Below, piece by piece: positions 1 to 9,586 of a DNA stretch of 64,000 nucleotides. The position numbers were made by a program, and so were the translations under genes. Source of the stretch: Methylophilaceae bacterium. Lineage in GTDB: Bacteria > Pseudomonadota > Gammaproteobacteria > Burkholderiales > Methylophilaceae. The stretch covers positions 3,763 to 67,762 of the forward strand of contig CBFHHI010000002.1 in the NCBI GenBank assembly GCA_965655675.1, written 5' to 3'. Each line of letters begins with the position of its first letter. Position 1 is the stretch's first letter. The notes beneath the pieces were generated by a model that did no database searches, was not told the origin of the DNA, and worked only from the letters and a program-made list of their open reading frames with translations.

Positions 1-2510
1 AGATTCACGACTACCTCCGTTTGCTCTACGCGCGCGCTGGCGATCCAGAGTGTCCTGAACATGGCATCAAATTAGAAGCACAAACGGTAAGCCAAATGGT
101 AGACGCCATTTTAAAACTGCCTGAAGAAACCAAACTCATGATTTTGGCGCCTGTGGTTGCTAACCGCAAAGGTGAGCAGTTGGATTTGTTTGATGATTTA
201 AAAGCACAGGGCTTTGTGCGTCTGCGTGTAGATGGCAAAATTTATGAAATTGACGAGTTACCGCAACTTGCAAAAACAAGCAAACACAATGTTGATGTTG
301 TGATCGATCGCTTGAAAATACGTGATGAAATGAAACAACGTATTGCGGAAAGTTTTGAAACTGCGTTGCGGTTGGCAGATGGCAAAGCGATTGCATTAGA
401 AATGGATACCGAAAAAGAACATCTGTTTTCTGCCAAATTTTCCTGTCCAGTATGTGATTACTCACTCGCAGAATTAGAGCCGCGCTTATTCAGCTTTAAC
501 AGCCCATTAGGGGCTTGTCCTACTTGCGATGGTTTGGGTAGCGTCAATTTTTTTGACCCTGCACGCGTGGTTGCTTTTCCGACATTATCATTGGCGAGTG
601 GCGCGATTAAAGGCTGGGATAAACGCAATCAGTTCTATTTCCAAATGTTATCTAGTTTGGCAACACATTATGGATTTCATTTAGAAACAGCATTTGAAGA
701 GCTTGCTCCAGAAGTAAAGGATGTGCTGTTAAATGGTTCTGGTAAAGAGCAAATTGCGTTTAAATATATTAATGAGCGCGGTACTTTTTTTACTAAAACA
801 CATACCTTTGAAGGCATTTTAAACAATATGCAACGCCGCTATCGCGAAAGTGATTCATCGGCTGTGCGAGACGAACTTGCCAAATACATTAATGTTTCTA
901 GTTGCCCTGATTGTAACGGCACTCGTTTGCGTCGTGAGGCTCGTCACGTCAAAGTGGGTGACAAAAATATTCATCAGGTGTGTGAAATGCCATTGAAGCA
1001 TGCGCACACTTTTTTTGATACGTTGGCATTAGAAGGTTCTAAGTTAGCGATTGCCGATAAGATTGTGAAAGAGATTGGGAATCGTCTCAAATTTTTAATC
1101 AATGTTGGTCTAGAATATTTATCTCTATCTCGCTCAGCTGAAACTTTATCTGGTGGAGAAGCGCAACGCATTCGTTTAGCCAGCCAAATTGGTAGTGGTT
1201 TGACAGGTGTGATGTATGTATTAGATGAACCTTCCATTGGCTTGCATCAACGTGACAATGACAGATTACTAGAAACACTCAAACGCCTACGCGATATTGG
1301 CAATAGCGTGATTGTGGTTGAGCATGACCAAGATGCGATTATGATGGCTGATTATGTGATTGATATTGGTCCTGGCGCTGGCGAACATGGCGGCGCTATT
1401 GTCGCCGAAGGAACACCCGCTGAAGTGTTAGCCAATCCAAAATCACTAACGGGTCAATATTTAAGCGGTAAAAAACAAATTATCTACAAAAAAGCACGGA
1501 CTAAACCAGATCCTGCGCGTTGGATTACCATTAGTAATGCAACAGGCAATAACTTACGTGATGTGTCCGTCAACATCCCTGTCGGTTTATTAAGCTGTAT
1601 TACTGGCGTTTCAGGTAGCGGAAAATCCACACTGATTAATGACACGCTTTACCGTGCTGTTGCACAACATTTGTATCGCAGCAATGCCGAGCCAGCACCG
1701 CATAGTAGTATTGAAGGATTATCTTTTTTTGATAAAGTGGTGGATGTTGACCAAAGTCCAATTGGACGCACACCGCGCTCTAATCCAGCAACTTATACTG
1801 GTTTATTCACGCCGATTCGCGATTTATTTGCGGCAGTCCCTGAAAGTCGCGCTCGTGGCTATGGACCAGGCCGCTACTCATTCAATGTAAAAGGTGGTCG
1901 CTGCGAGGCCTGTCAAGGCGATGGTGTCATTCGTGTTGAAATGCATTTTTTACCCGATGTGTATGTGCCTTGCGATGTGTGTAAAGGCCATCGTTATAAT
2001 CGCGAGACTTTAGAAATTCATTTTAAAGGTAAAAACATTCGTGAGATTTTAGAGCTGACAGTTGAGCAAGCCTATACATTCTTTAGCGCACAACCAACCA
2101 TTGCGAGAAAGCTGAAAACTTTATTAGATGTTGGCTTGGGCTATATTACCTTAGGTCAAAGTGCCACAACATTATCAGGCGGTGAAGCACAGCGCGTGAA
2201 GTTGGCTTTAGAGCTAAGTAAACGTGATACCGGCCGTACGCTTTATATCTTGGACGAACCTACCACTGGCTTACATTTTGCGGATATTCAATTGTTGTTG
2301 GATGTGATTCATCGCTTGCGTGATGCAGGCAATACGATTGTGATTATTGAACATAATTTAGATGTGATCAAAACAGCTGACTGGATTATTGATATGGGTC
2401 CAGAAGGTGGCGATGGTGGCGGCATGGTCATTGCTGAAGGCACACCTGAACAAGTGGCCGATAACTCAGCTAGTTATACAGGTAAATATTTAAAAGATAT
2501 GCTGAAATAG
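1..2510 (+). CDS. uvrA: Excinuclease ABC subunit A (UvrA), 5' end outside window
   Basis: The frame is open to the window start ([13 protein letters not shown]...). It has two ABC signature motifs (LSGGEAQR), Walker [10 protein letters not shown], and CxxC zinc-finger pairs. Confidence 0.95.
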   Translation, partial: IHDYLRLLYARAGDPECPEHGIKLEAQTVSQMVDAILKLPEETKLMILAPVVANRKGEQLDLFDDLKAQGFVRLRVDGKIYEIDELPQLAKTSKHNVDVVIDRLKIRDEMKQRIAESFETALRLADGKAIALEMDTEKEHLFSAKFSCPVCDYSLAELEPRLFSFNSPLGACPTCDGLGSVNFFDPARVVAFPTLSLASGAIKGWDKRNQFYFQMLSSLATHYGFHLETAFEELAPEVKDVLLNGSGKEQIAFKYINERGTFFTKTHTFEGILNNMQRRYRESDSSAVRDELAKYINVSSCPDCNGTRLRREARHVKVGDKNIHQVCEMPLKHAHTFFDTLALEGSKLAIADKIVKEIGNRLKFLINVGLEYLSLSRSAETLSGGEAQRIRLASQIGSGLTGVMYVLDEPSIGLHQRDNDRLLETLKRLRDIGNSVIVVEHDQDAIMMADYVIDIGPGAGEHGGAIVAEGTPAEVLANPKSLTGQYLSGKKQIIYKKARTKPDPARWITISNATGNNLRDVSVNIPVGLLSCITGVSGSGKSTLINDTLYRAVAQHLYRSNAEPAPHSSIEGLSFFDKVVDVDQSPIGRTPRSNPATYTGLFTPIRDLFAAVPESRARGYGPGRYSFNVKGGRCEACQGDGVIRVEMHFLPDVYVPCDVCKGHRYNRETLEIHFKGKNIREILELTVEQAYTFFSAQPTIARKLKTLLDVGLGYITLGQSATTLSGGEAQRVKLALELSKRDTGRTLYILDEPTTGLHFADIQLLLDVIHRLRDAGNTIVIIEHNLDVIKTADWIIDMGPEGGDGGGMVIAEGTPEQVADNSASYTGKYLKDMLK

Positions 2511-2555
2511 TGCAAAAACGCCTAAGCAGCCTATCTTTTCAACTATCAACAATCA

Positions 2556-3395
2556 CTATAGATAAGTTTTTGCTTCCGCAACAAAAGGTCGATATGACTC
2601 GATGCGTCCTGCCATAGCCTCGGTGTCTTGTAGGCCCAATTTTGTAGCCACATCCATGCTTAATGTTTCTGCAATATACTGTGCCTGCTGATTCGATTCT
2701 ATATCAAATGCAATATGCGCTGCTACATAAACGACCGATGCCAACTCGCAAGCATCTTTGTTTAATGGGTCAGTATAATAACGAATCACCTCTGAAATTT
2801 CTGTAGGAAAATTCCAATGTCTAGCCAGCTTCTCACCAACTATGTTGTGATTGATGCCTAGCATGTCGTGCTCCACCTCATGACGCTCTAACACGCTGCG
2901 TCCTTTACAAATAGCCTCAATATCAGCACCCGCTTTAGGAAACACCATATGAATAGGCAATTGGCCAATTGTGTGCATCAAACCTGCGATGTAAGCAACA
3001 TCTTGGTCAAAGCCTAATTCTTTTGCTAACGCTCTAGCAATGCTGGCGGTCACCAAACTGTGTTGCCAGAATCGCTTTAAATCCAAACCTGGCACAGCAG
3101 TAAATGCGGATGTCACGCCTGAAGCAACCACTAGTGTTTCTAATTTTGCCAGTCCAATTAAAGACACAGCCTCTTCAATGGTGCCAATCTTGCGACTAAA
3201 CCCAAAGTAAGCGGAATTTGACATGCGTAGCACACGTGCAGTAAGCACTTGATCATGATTAATTTTATCTGCTAACGGCTTAATATCTACATCGTCTGTC
3301 GCTAATAATTGCATCACCTCTTGCACCACTTTTGGTAGCATCGGCATGTTGTGTGTTTGCTCAAAAAAATCATCCATTAATTTCATCGTTAGCAT
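2556..3395 (-). CDS. HDOD domain-containing signalling protein
   Basis: 279 aa. The N-terminal LPKVVQEVMQLL...DIKPLADKINHDQVLTARVLRMSNSAYFG pattern is typical of HDOD domains, followed by an HD-like helical region. Confidence 0.8.
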   Translation of the reverse strand: MLTMKLMDDFFEQTHNMPMLPKVVQEVMQLLATDDVDIKPLADKINHDQVLTARVLRMSNSAYFGFSRKIGTIEEAVSLIGLAKLETLVVASGVTSAFTAVPGLDLKRFWQHSLVTASIARALAKELGFDQDVAYIAGLMHTIGQLPIHMVFPKAGADIEAICKGRSVLERHEVEHDMLGINHNIVGEKLARHWNFPTEISEVIRYYTDPLNKDACELASVVYVAAHIAFDIESNQQAQYIAETLSMDVATKLGLQDTEAMAGRIESYRPFVAEAKTYL

Positions 3396-3509
3396 CCTTA
3401 TTAATTATTAATCACAAATGTTTGCTAAAGCTTAATATTAAATGGCGACTCTTCATTGTTAGAATAACGAGGGAAACTAGCGCTAATTACTTCATTCCAT
3501 AGCGGCCGA

Positions 3510-3986
3510 TTAATAAAAATAAGTGTAAGTGAATAGGGCAATCATAATAAGAGCGAGTATCAGCTTGACGATTAATGCCACGACAAAACCAAAGCCAGCT
3601 GCAATACCAACTCGCGCCGCATCACCTGAATGTTGATGTGAAATAAATTCTCCAATCACTGCACCAATGACAGGGCCAATAATCAACCCAATCACACCGC
3701 CTAACATACCAATTAGGCCGCCTATGAGTGTGCCATACAGTGCCAGCTTACTGGCTTTTGCTTTTTTTGCAGTTAAATAGGAGGCACAAAAGTCAATGAG
3801 CCATGCTAATAAAGAAATCACACCAATCACAATCATGGTCGTTTGACTAACGCGCGAAAAATGATCAATCCAGGCAGCCAATAACAAACCTGAAAAAATA
3901 AAAACAATGCCTGGCAAAACAGGCACTAATAGACCGACAAACCCGACAAGCACCAATAACACTACCAGCAACCAATACCAGTCCAT
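3510..3986 (-). CDS. DUF456 family inner-membrane protein
   Basis: 158 aa and very hydrophobic, with 4 predicted TM segments and Gly-rich helices. It abuts the mtgA stop with no gap. Confidence 0.7.
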   Translation of the reverse strand: MDWYWLLVVLLVLVGFVGLLVPVLPGIVFIFSGLLLAAWIDHFSRVSQTTMIVIGVISLLAWLIDFCASYLTAKKAKASKLALYGTLIGGLIGMLGGVIGLIIGPVIGAVIGEFISHQHSGDAARVGIAAGFGFVVALIVKLILALIMIALFTYTYFY

Positions 3987-4721
3987 TTATGGCACCTGCA
4001 CTTGGTATAAACGCGCTTGTATGGTTGACGTGCGCCGATTGATATACGTGGTATATCGATGTGTGTCGTAAAAGCGTGGATTTGGCACAATGACCGCCAA
4101 CTTTGCTGCCTGCGTCGTCGTTAGACTATGCGCTCCTTGTTTGTAATAGTGCCGCGCTGCTGCTTCTGCACCAAACACGCCATTACCCCACTCAATCATA
4201 TTGAGATAAATTTCATAAATACGTTTTTTGCTTAACATATTTTCTAACATCACTGTGATAATGGCCTCTTCACCCTTTCTCAACAAAGAGCGATTACTTG
4301 ATAAAAACATATTTTTGGCTAGCTGCTGGGTTATCGTTGAGCCACCAGCGACCAATTTACCTTTTTTAATGTTCTTGTTAAAAGCAGCTTCTATCCCCTC
4401 CCAATCAAAACCTTTGTGTTGCAAAAATTTTGCATCTTCGCTGGCAATTACTGCCCTTTTTAAATTTCTCGATATTTTTTCATAATCAACCCACTGATGA
4501 TTGATGGTTGCCTTTGGATTTTCTGAGCGTAACTCACTCAATCGAATGCGCATAAATGACGAAGAGGAGGGGTTAAACTGAATCCACCAAGCAATATTCA
4601 AAAAAACCCAAAGATTAAATATCAAAAACCATAATATAAATAAGGCAAGCAAGCGCGTAACATAACCCCAAAAAGCCAAAGGCTTCACGTTCGGCCTATC
4701 ATTAAACAACCAACGTAACAA
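3987..4721 (-). CDS. mtgA: Monofunctional biosynthetic peptidoglycan transglycosylase
   Basis: N-terminal TM segment plus GT51 motifs EDAKFLQHKGFDWEGI and GGSTITQQLAKN, with no transpeptidase domain. Confidence 0.9.
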   Translation of the reverse strand: MLRWLFNDRPNVKPLAFWGYVTRLLALFILWFLIFNLWVFLNIAWWIQFNPSSSSFMRIRLSELRSENPKATINHQWVDYEKISRNLKRAVIASEDAKFLQHKGFDWEGIEAAFNKNIKKGKLVAGGSTITQQLAKNMFLSSNRSLLRKGEEAIITVMLENMLSKKRIYEIYLNMIEWGNGVFGAEAAARHYYKQGAHSLTTTQAAKLAVIVPNPRFYDTHRYTTYINRRTSTIQARLYQVQVP

Positions 4722-5546
4722 TTAGCCAGCCCTCAGTTGTTGTATTACAGCCTGGGTATTGGGCCGCACACCTCGCCAACAATAAAATGCCTCTGCCGCC
4801 TGCTCTACTAACATACCTAAGCCATCAGCCACTTGTGCGCCTGCACTACGTGCCTGTTGCATGAATGGTGTTTCTCGGCCGTACATCATGTCATAAGCCA
4901 AAGTGCTTTTAGAGAAAATACTGTCTGGTATCGGTAAAATTGAATCGGTCAATCCTGTTGAAGTCGCATTAATCACAACATCAAACACCTGACCATCTAA
5001 ACTTTCAAACTGTGTCGCAGTGATAGGTGTAACAGGATAATCTTTTATTGCCGCTATTTTTTTCTGCATAGCAGACACTTTATCCATAGAGCGATTTACA
5101 ACAACAAATAGTGCAGGTACATTCTTAGCAATATCCAATGCAACACCTTGGGCAGCGCCGCCAGCACCAATCATCAATACACGCTTTCCTTGCAAAGCCA
5201 CACCAAAGTTTTGCTGTATATCTGTCACTAAACCAAGCCCATCAGTATTATCAGCAACAATATCTACACCATCTAACATCAATGTATTGGCAGCCTCAGC
5301 GTTCATCGCACTGGGTTTATGCTGGCTAGCTAAGTGATAAGCTTCAAATTTAAATGGCACCGTTACATTGACACCTTTATAACCTTCAGCCTTTAAGCGA
5401 TGCACTGTCTCTGCAAAACCATCTAGCGGTGCTAATATCGCCTCATATTGCATCGCTTGATTGGTTTGCTTTGCAAACGCAGCATGAATGATTGGTGATT
5501 TGCTATGTGCAACTGGATGGCCTAAAACCGCGTATTTATCTGTCAT
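4722..5546 (-). CDS. aroE: Shikimate dehydrogenase
   Basis: 274 aa. Contains VLGHPVAHSKSPIIH, NVTVPFK, NTDGLG and the GAGGAA Rossmann motif. Confidence 0.93.
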   Translation of the reverse strand: MTDKYAVLGHPVAHSKSPIIHAAFAKQTNQAMQYEAILAPLDGFAETVHRLKAEGYKGVNVTVPFKFEAYHLASQHKPSAMNAEAANTLMLDGVDIVADNTDGLGLVTDIQQNFGVALQGKRVLMIGAGGAAQGVALDIAKNVPALFVVVNRSMDKVSAMQKKIAAIKDYPVTPITATQFESLDGQVFDVVINATSTGLTDSILPIPDSIFSKSTLAYDMMYGRETPFMQQARSAGAQVADGLGMLVEQAAEAFYCWRGVRPNTQAVIQQLRAG

Positions 5547-5549
5547 ATT

Positions 5550-6005
5550 TTAATGATGCCAAGGCAATCCAGCGTGACGCCACCCATTGATTAAGGTACG
5601 TTGATGTTCAGCATTCGCTGCACCCTCAAAACCTTCTAACATATTATAGGCTTCTGAAAATCCCATAGACGCAGCCAACACTGCTGCATTATGCGAGCGT
5701 CCGCCAGTGCGACACATAAAAATAACCAACGCCTCTTTGTCTACTTGCATTTCTAAATGCGTCGCAAAATCAGGATTTGCGACCATGCCTGGATAAAAAG
5801 CCCATTCAATATTCATGGCATTAGGCACTTGACCCACCAATGCAAGCTCAGCATGTGTACGCACATCCACCAAAACAGCATGTGCTGTTTTTTCTAACAC
5901 ATCATAAGCTTCGGTAGGTGTTAGTGCACCAGAATAAGCCAGACCGCTCTCTTCAGCCCGTTGTTTTGCGCGTTTGAGTATTTCATTAATTGCTTCCATC
6001 GTCAT
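5550..6005 (-). CDS. Rhodanese-like sulfurtransferase domain protein
   Basis: 151 aa. The active-site loop CRTGGRS (C-X4-R) is preceded by VLVDVRT. Confidence 0.8.
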   Translation of the reverse strand: MTMEAINEILKRAKQRAEESGLAYSGALTPTEAYDVLEKTAHAVLVDVRTHAELALVGQVPNAMNIEWAFYPGMVANPDFATHLEMQVDKEALVIFMCRTGGRSHNAAVLAASMGFSEAYNMLEGFEGAANAEHQRTLINGWRHAGLPWHH

Positions 6006-6112
6006 TTATCCTTTCTTTATCGTCATTACATGCTTGGCATCAAGCATTTTCAACATGCGTTAATATTAGTTGAGTATATCGTTTTTTCATTTGAAATAAA
6101 CAACCAGATTAA

Positions 6113-6127
6113 GCACTAATATAGTGC
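6113..6127 (+). promoter_or_regulatory. Candidate NtrC binding site 1 (perfect palindrome GCACTA-ATA-TAGTGC)
   Basis: Matches the TGCACYA-N3-TRGTGCA NtrC consensus. Its centre is about 30 bp from site 2 and about 124 bp upstream of the predicted sigma-54 transcription start. Confidence 0.6.
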
Positions 6128-6142
6128 GTTTTTGGTTGATAA

Positions 6143-6157
6143 GCACCTGATTGGTGC
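6143..6157 (+). promoter_or_regulatory. Candidate NtrC binding site 2 (GCACC-TGATT-GGTGC)
   Basis: Perfect dyad matching the NtrC consensus half-sites, located upstream of glnA. ntrBC are encoded immediately downstream of glnA. Confidence 0.65.
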
Positions 6158-6217
6158 ACTCATACAATATTGGTTGCCTGAATCTAGCTTGGGCTATCGT
6201 TTTTATCCTTTTTATAA

Positions 6218-6233
6218 TGGCATAGTTCCTGCT
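6218..6233 (+). promoter_or_regulatory. Candidate sigma-54 (-24/-12) promoter of glnA: TGGCAT-AGTTC-CTGCT
   Basis: GG (6219-6220) and GC (6231-6232) are separated by exactly 10 nt. The element lies about 85 nt upstream of the glnA ATG, with an AGGAG SD at 6307-6311. Confidence 0.65.
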
Positions 6234-6317
6234 AATATTCGGTATTGAATTCTTTTTTTTATAATAATAATTTATATTCAATTTTACGTTTAATTCATTC
6301 AATATTAGGAGATTGTA

Positions 6318-7727
6318 ATGTCCGTAGCAAATGTAATGAAGCTTATCAAAGAAAACGACATCAAATTTGTCGATTTCCGCTTTACAGATACTCGCGGTAA
6401 AGAGCAGCACACCAGCGTTCCAGTATCAGCATTTAACGAAGAAAAATTTACAGAAGGCCATGCTTTTGATGGTTCTTCTATTGCGGGCTGGAAAGGTATT
6501 CAAGCTTCAGATATGCAACTGATGCCAGATGCATCCACTGCAAATATTGATCCATTTATGGATGAGCCAACCTTAGTGTTGACATGCGATGTGATTGATC
6601 CAACCGATGGTAAAGGTTACGACCGTGATCCACGTTCTATTGCTAAGCGTGCTGAAGCCTATTTAAAATCCAGTGGTATTGGTGATACTGCTTACTTTGG
6701 TCCAGAACCAGAGTTCTTTATTTTTGACAATGTGGCTTGGAATGTTGGCATGGGCGGCAGCTCAGTTAAAATCAATTCTGAAGAAGCTGCATGGCAATCT
6801 GGCGACTCATTTGAAGGCGGCAACACTGGCCACCGTCCAAAAGTAAAAGGTGGTTATTTCCCAGTTCCTCCAGTCGATTCATTGCATGACATTCGTTCTG
6901 CAATGTGTATGACTCTAGAAGAAATGGGTGTACCGGTTGAAGTACATCACCACGAAGTAGCTACTGCTGGCCAATGTGAAATTGGCACACAATTTTCTAG
7001 CCTTGTACAACGTGCAGACTGGACACAAATTTTAAAATACGTTGTATTAAATACCGCTCACGCCTATGGCAAAACAGCAACCTTTATGCCAAAACCACTA
7101 CTAGGCGATAACGGTTCTGGTATGCACGTGCATCAATCTGTATGGAAAGATGGTAAAAACCTATTTGCAGGTGACGGTTATGCTGGCCTGAGCGAGTTCG
7201 CGCTGTTCTATATTGGTGGCATCATCAAACATGCGCGCGCATTAAATGCGATTACAAACCCAAGCACTAACTCATACAAACGTTTAGTACCAGGCTTTGA
7301 AGCGCCAGTTAAATTGGCTTACTCTGCTAAAAATCGCTCAGCTTCTATCCGTGTACCATTCGTACATTCTGATAAAGCACGTCGTATTGAGGCACGTTTC
7401 CCAGATCCTACTGCTAACCCATATTTAGCTTTTGCAGCTTTACTCATGGCTGGCCTTGATGGCGTACAAAACAAGATTCATCCAGGTGAAGCAGCCACTA
7501 AAGATTTATACCATCTTCCACCAGAGGAAGATGCAAAAATCCCAACGGTTGCCTCTTCACTAGAGCAAGCATTAGAAGCATTACAAAATGATCATGAGTT
7601 CTTGACTCGTGGCGGCGTGTTCTCGCAAGACTGGGTAGACTCCTACATTGCATTTAAAATGGATGAAGTGACACAACAACGCATGACACCAACACCATTA
7701 GAATTTGATATGTATTACAGCTGCTAG
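6318..7727 (+). CDS. glnA: Glutamine synthetase type I
   Basis: 469 aa. Contains the GSI motifs ([26 protein letters not shown]) and the adenylylation loop [10 protein letters not shown]. Confidence 0.97.
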   Translation: MSVANVMKLIKENDIKFVDFRFTDTRGKEQHTSVPVSAFNEEKFTEGHAFDGSSIAGWKGIQASDMQLMPDASTANIDPFMDEPTLVLTCDVIDPTDGKGYDRDPRSIAKRAEAYLKSSGIGDTAYFGPEPEFFIFDNVAWNVGMGGSSVKINSEEAAWQSGDSFEGGNTGHRPKVKGGYFPVPPVDSLHDIRSAMCMTLEEMGVPVEVHHHEVATAGQCEIGTQFSSLVQRADWTQILKYVVLNTAHAYGKTATFMPKPLLGDNGSGMHVHQSVWKDGKNLFAGDGYAGLSEFALFYIGGIIKHARALNAITNPSTNSYKRLVPGFEAPVKLAYSAKNRSASIRVPFVHSDKARRIEARFPDPTANPYLAFAALLMAGLDGVQNKIHPGEAATKDLYHLPPEEDAKIPTVASSLEQALEALQNDHEFLTRGGVFSQDWVDSYIAFKMDEVTQQRMTPTPLEFDMYYSC

Positions 7728-7746
7728 TTTTTTTATAGCATCAGAG

Positions 7747-7772
7747 AAAGGACAGCTCGCTGTCCTTTTTTT
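7747..7772 (+). terminator. Rho-independent terminator of glnA
   Basis: AAAGGACAG-CTCG-CTGTCCTTT hairpin followed by a T-run, 20 nt after the glnA stop codon. Confidence 0.8.
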
Positions 7773-7885
7773 ATGCATGCTTCACTACACCACACAATAC
7801 CATCAGGCATGACAATATCGCCATAGTCAACCATTTTAATCATATCTTCGTTGCTAACAATCACACTCTCATCTAAACTAGTTAC

Positions 7886-8392
7886 ATGTATAAATTGATG
7901 CCATTTATTTTGTTGTTATCCGCTCTCAGTCTGCCTTTGCGCAGCGTCGCAGATATCTATAAACACGTCGATGAGAATGGCCATGTCACCTATACCAATG
8001 TCAAAATAAAAGGGAGCAAAAAAATAGATCTCGGCTCTACGGGCACCAGTTTTGGCACTAATCGAGACAGTGCATTAAAACCTCAATCTACCACACCAAC
8101 TGACTTTCCAAGCGTCGACAGCAATACACAAAAGCAAAGAGATCAATCACGTAAAAATATACTATTATCTGAACTCGCTACCGAGAGGGCAGCGCTAGTA
8201 GCTGCCAAAAAAGCCTATGCAGAAGGCGAAGCTAATCCAGAAATCTCAACCATTAGAAATGCAAATGGGACTACGCGCACTTTCCGCAATGTGCCTAAGT
8301 TTCAAGAAAAAATGAAACAATTACAAATGAATATCGATGTGCATCAGCGCAACATTATTTTATTAGAAAAAGAAATTAGTACGATTAAGTAA
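7886..8392 (+). CDS. DUF4124 domain protein with coiled-coil C-terminus
   Basis: Signal peptide, then the IYKHVDENGHVTYTN motif typical of DUF4124. The C-terminal half is rich in K/E/Q heptad-like sequence. Confidence 0.7.
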   Translation: MYKLMPFILLLSALSLPLRSVADIYKHVDENGHVTYTNVKIKGSKKIDLGSTGTSFGTNRDSALKPQSTTPTDFPSVDSNTQKQRDQSRKNILLSELATERAALVAAKKAYAEGEANPEISTIRNANGTTRTFRNVPKFQEKMKQLQMNIDVHQRNIILLEKEISTIK

Positions 8393-8457
8393 CATTAAAA
8401 CTGGCTTATATTTTGCTTAGATAAGGGCATCAATCTCAATTAGTGCTAGTATTATTC

Positions 8458-9552
8458 ATGGTTCAAAAAGTCCCAGCATGTTTTACAGGTTTAGAATATC
8501 TTGCCAGTTCGGTCATATTATTGAGCGCGGGTAAGCAAGTGGTGTATATGAACCCAAGTGCAGAGATATTGTTTGCGCTTAGCTCAACGCAGGTAGTCAA
8601 TAACGATATCTCTGCCTTATTTATCAATTGCGATATTTTAGACACCGCTATCGAAAACGCGACTAAAAACAACAATCCATTAAGAGAGCATGAGCTTCTC
8701 ATTACCACGGTTCGCCAAGAGTCTTTTTCCGTTACCTGCACCATCACGCCAATTGACATGCATGATGCAAAAATACTACTCGAATTTCAGCAAATGGATC
8801 AACAGCTACGGATTGCAAAAGAGGATCGCATGCTGATTCAACAACAAGCAAACTCCGAGTTACTCCGCAACTTAGCACATGAAATTCGAAACCCATTGGG
8901 TGGCTTGAGAGGCGCAGCCCAACTGCTAGAACACGAGTTGCCGCATCAAAATTTACGTGAATATACCCAAGTGATTATTAAAGAAGCCGACAGACTACAA
9001 AGTTTGATGGATCGGTTGTTAGTACCGCATCGCGTCCCTCAATATGAGCCAACTAATATTCATGAAGTACTCGAGCGAGTGCGTAGCCTTTTATTAGCCG
9101 AATCTCCCAATAATATTATCGTGCAAAGAGATTATGATACCAGTCTGCCAGAACTGATTGGCGATCGCGAAAAGCTGATTCAAGCAGTACTCAATATTGC
9201 ACGTAATGCAGTCCAAGCGCTGCTGTCTCATCAAGTAGAAGAAGCGAAAGTCACATTAAGAACACGCGCAGAAAGACAAGTAACCTTAAGCAAAAAACGC
9301 TATCGTGTCGCGATTAAACTGGAGATTATTGATAACGGTCCTGGCATTCCTTATGACTTATTGGATAAAATATTTTACCCTTTGGTTTCAGGTCGCGAGG
9401 GTGGGTCAGGCTTAGGGCTTGCTTTAGCACAAACATTTATTACCCAACATCATGGCATGATTGATTGTAAAAGCCAGCCAGGCAACACCTGTTTTACTAT
9501 TTTGTTACCAGTAGAAAGTACTGTGATTAAACATGCCATTATTGCACAATAA
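8458..9552 (+). CDS. glnL: Nitrogen regulation sensor histidine kinase NtrB
   Basis: PAS-like N-terminus, H-box LAHEIRNPLGG, and N/G boxes (NIARNA, IDNGPGIP, GGSGLGL). The ATG at 8458 is preferred over the GTG at 8443. Confidence 0.9.
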   Translation: MVQKVPACFTGLEYLASSVILLSAGKQVVYMNPSAEILFALSSTQVVNNDISALFINCDILDTAIENATKNNNPLREHELLITTVRQESFSVTCTITPIDMHDAKILLEFQQMDQQLRIAKEDRMLIQQQANSELLRNLAHEIRNPLGGLRGAAQLLEHELPHQNLREYTQVIIKEADRLQSLMDRLLVPHRVPQYEPTNIHEVLERVRSLLLAESPNNIIVQRDYDTSLPELIGDREKLIQAVLNIARNAVQALLSHQVEEAKVTLRTRAERQVTLSKKRYRVAIKLEIIDNGPGIPYDLLDKIFYPLVSGREGGSGLGLALAQTFITQHHGMIDCKSQPGNTCFTILLPVESTVIKHAIIAQ

Positions 9553-9586
9553 AGTTCGAGTAAAAATTTAAGCAAAGCAGACAGAT

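Noticed and set aside
6087-6410. 107-aa minus-strand ORF covering the glnA promoter region and the glnA start.
   Set aside because: It is AT-rich with low-complexity Asn/Lys/Ile/Tyr composition. It overlaps the glnA start and the NtrC/sigma-54 control region, so it is almost certainly non-coding.
7733-7843. 36-codon minus-strand small ORF (MIKMVDYGDIVMPDGIVWCSEACIKKGQRAVLSLML) in the glnA-DUF4124 spacer, with a WCSEAC motif reminiscent of FCS/TRASH zinc-finger ends.
   Set aside because: It has no convincing SD and lacks the first CxxC pair of such fingers. Its C-terminal third is simply the reverse complement of the glnA terminator hairpin. It is most likely fortuitous or a decayed remnant.
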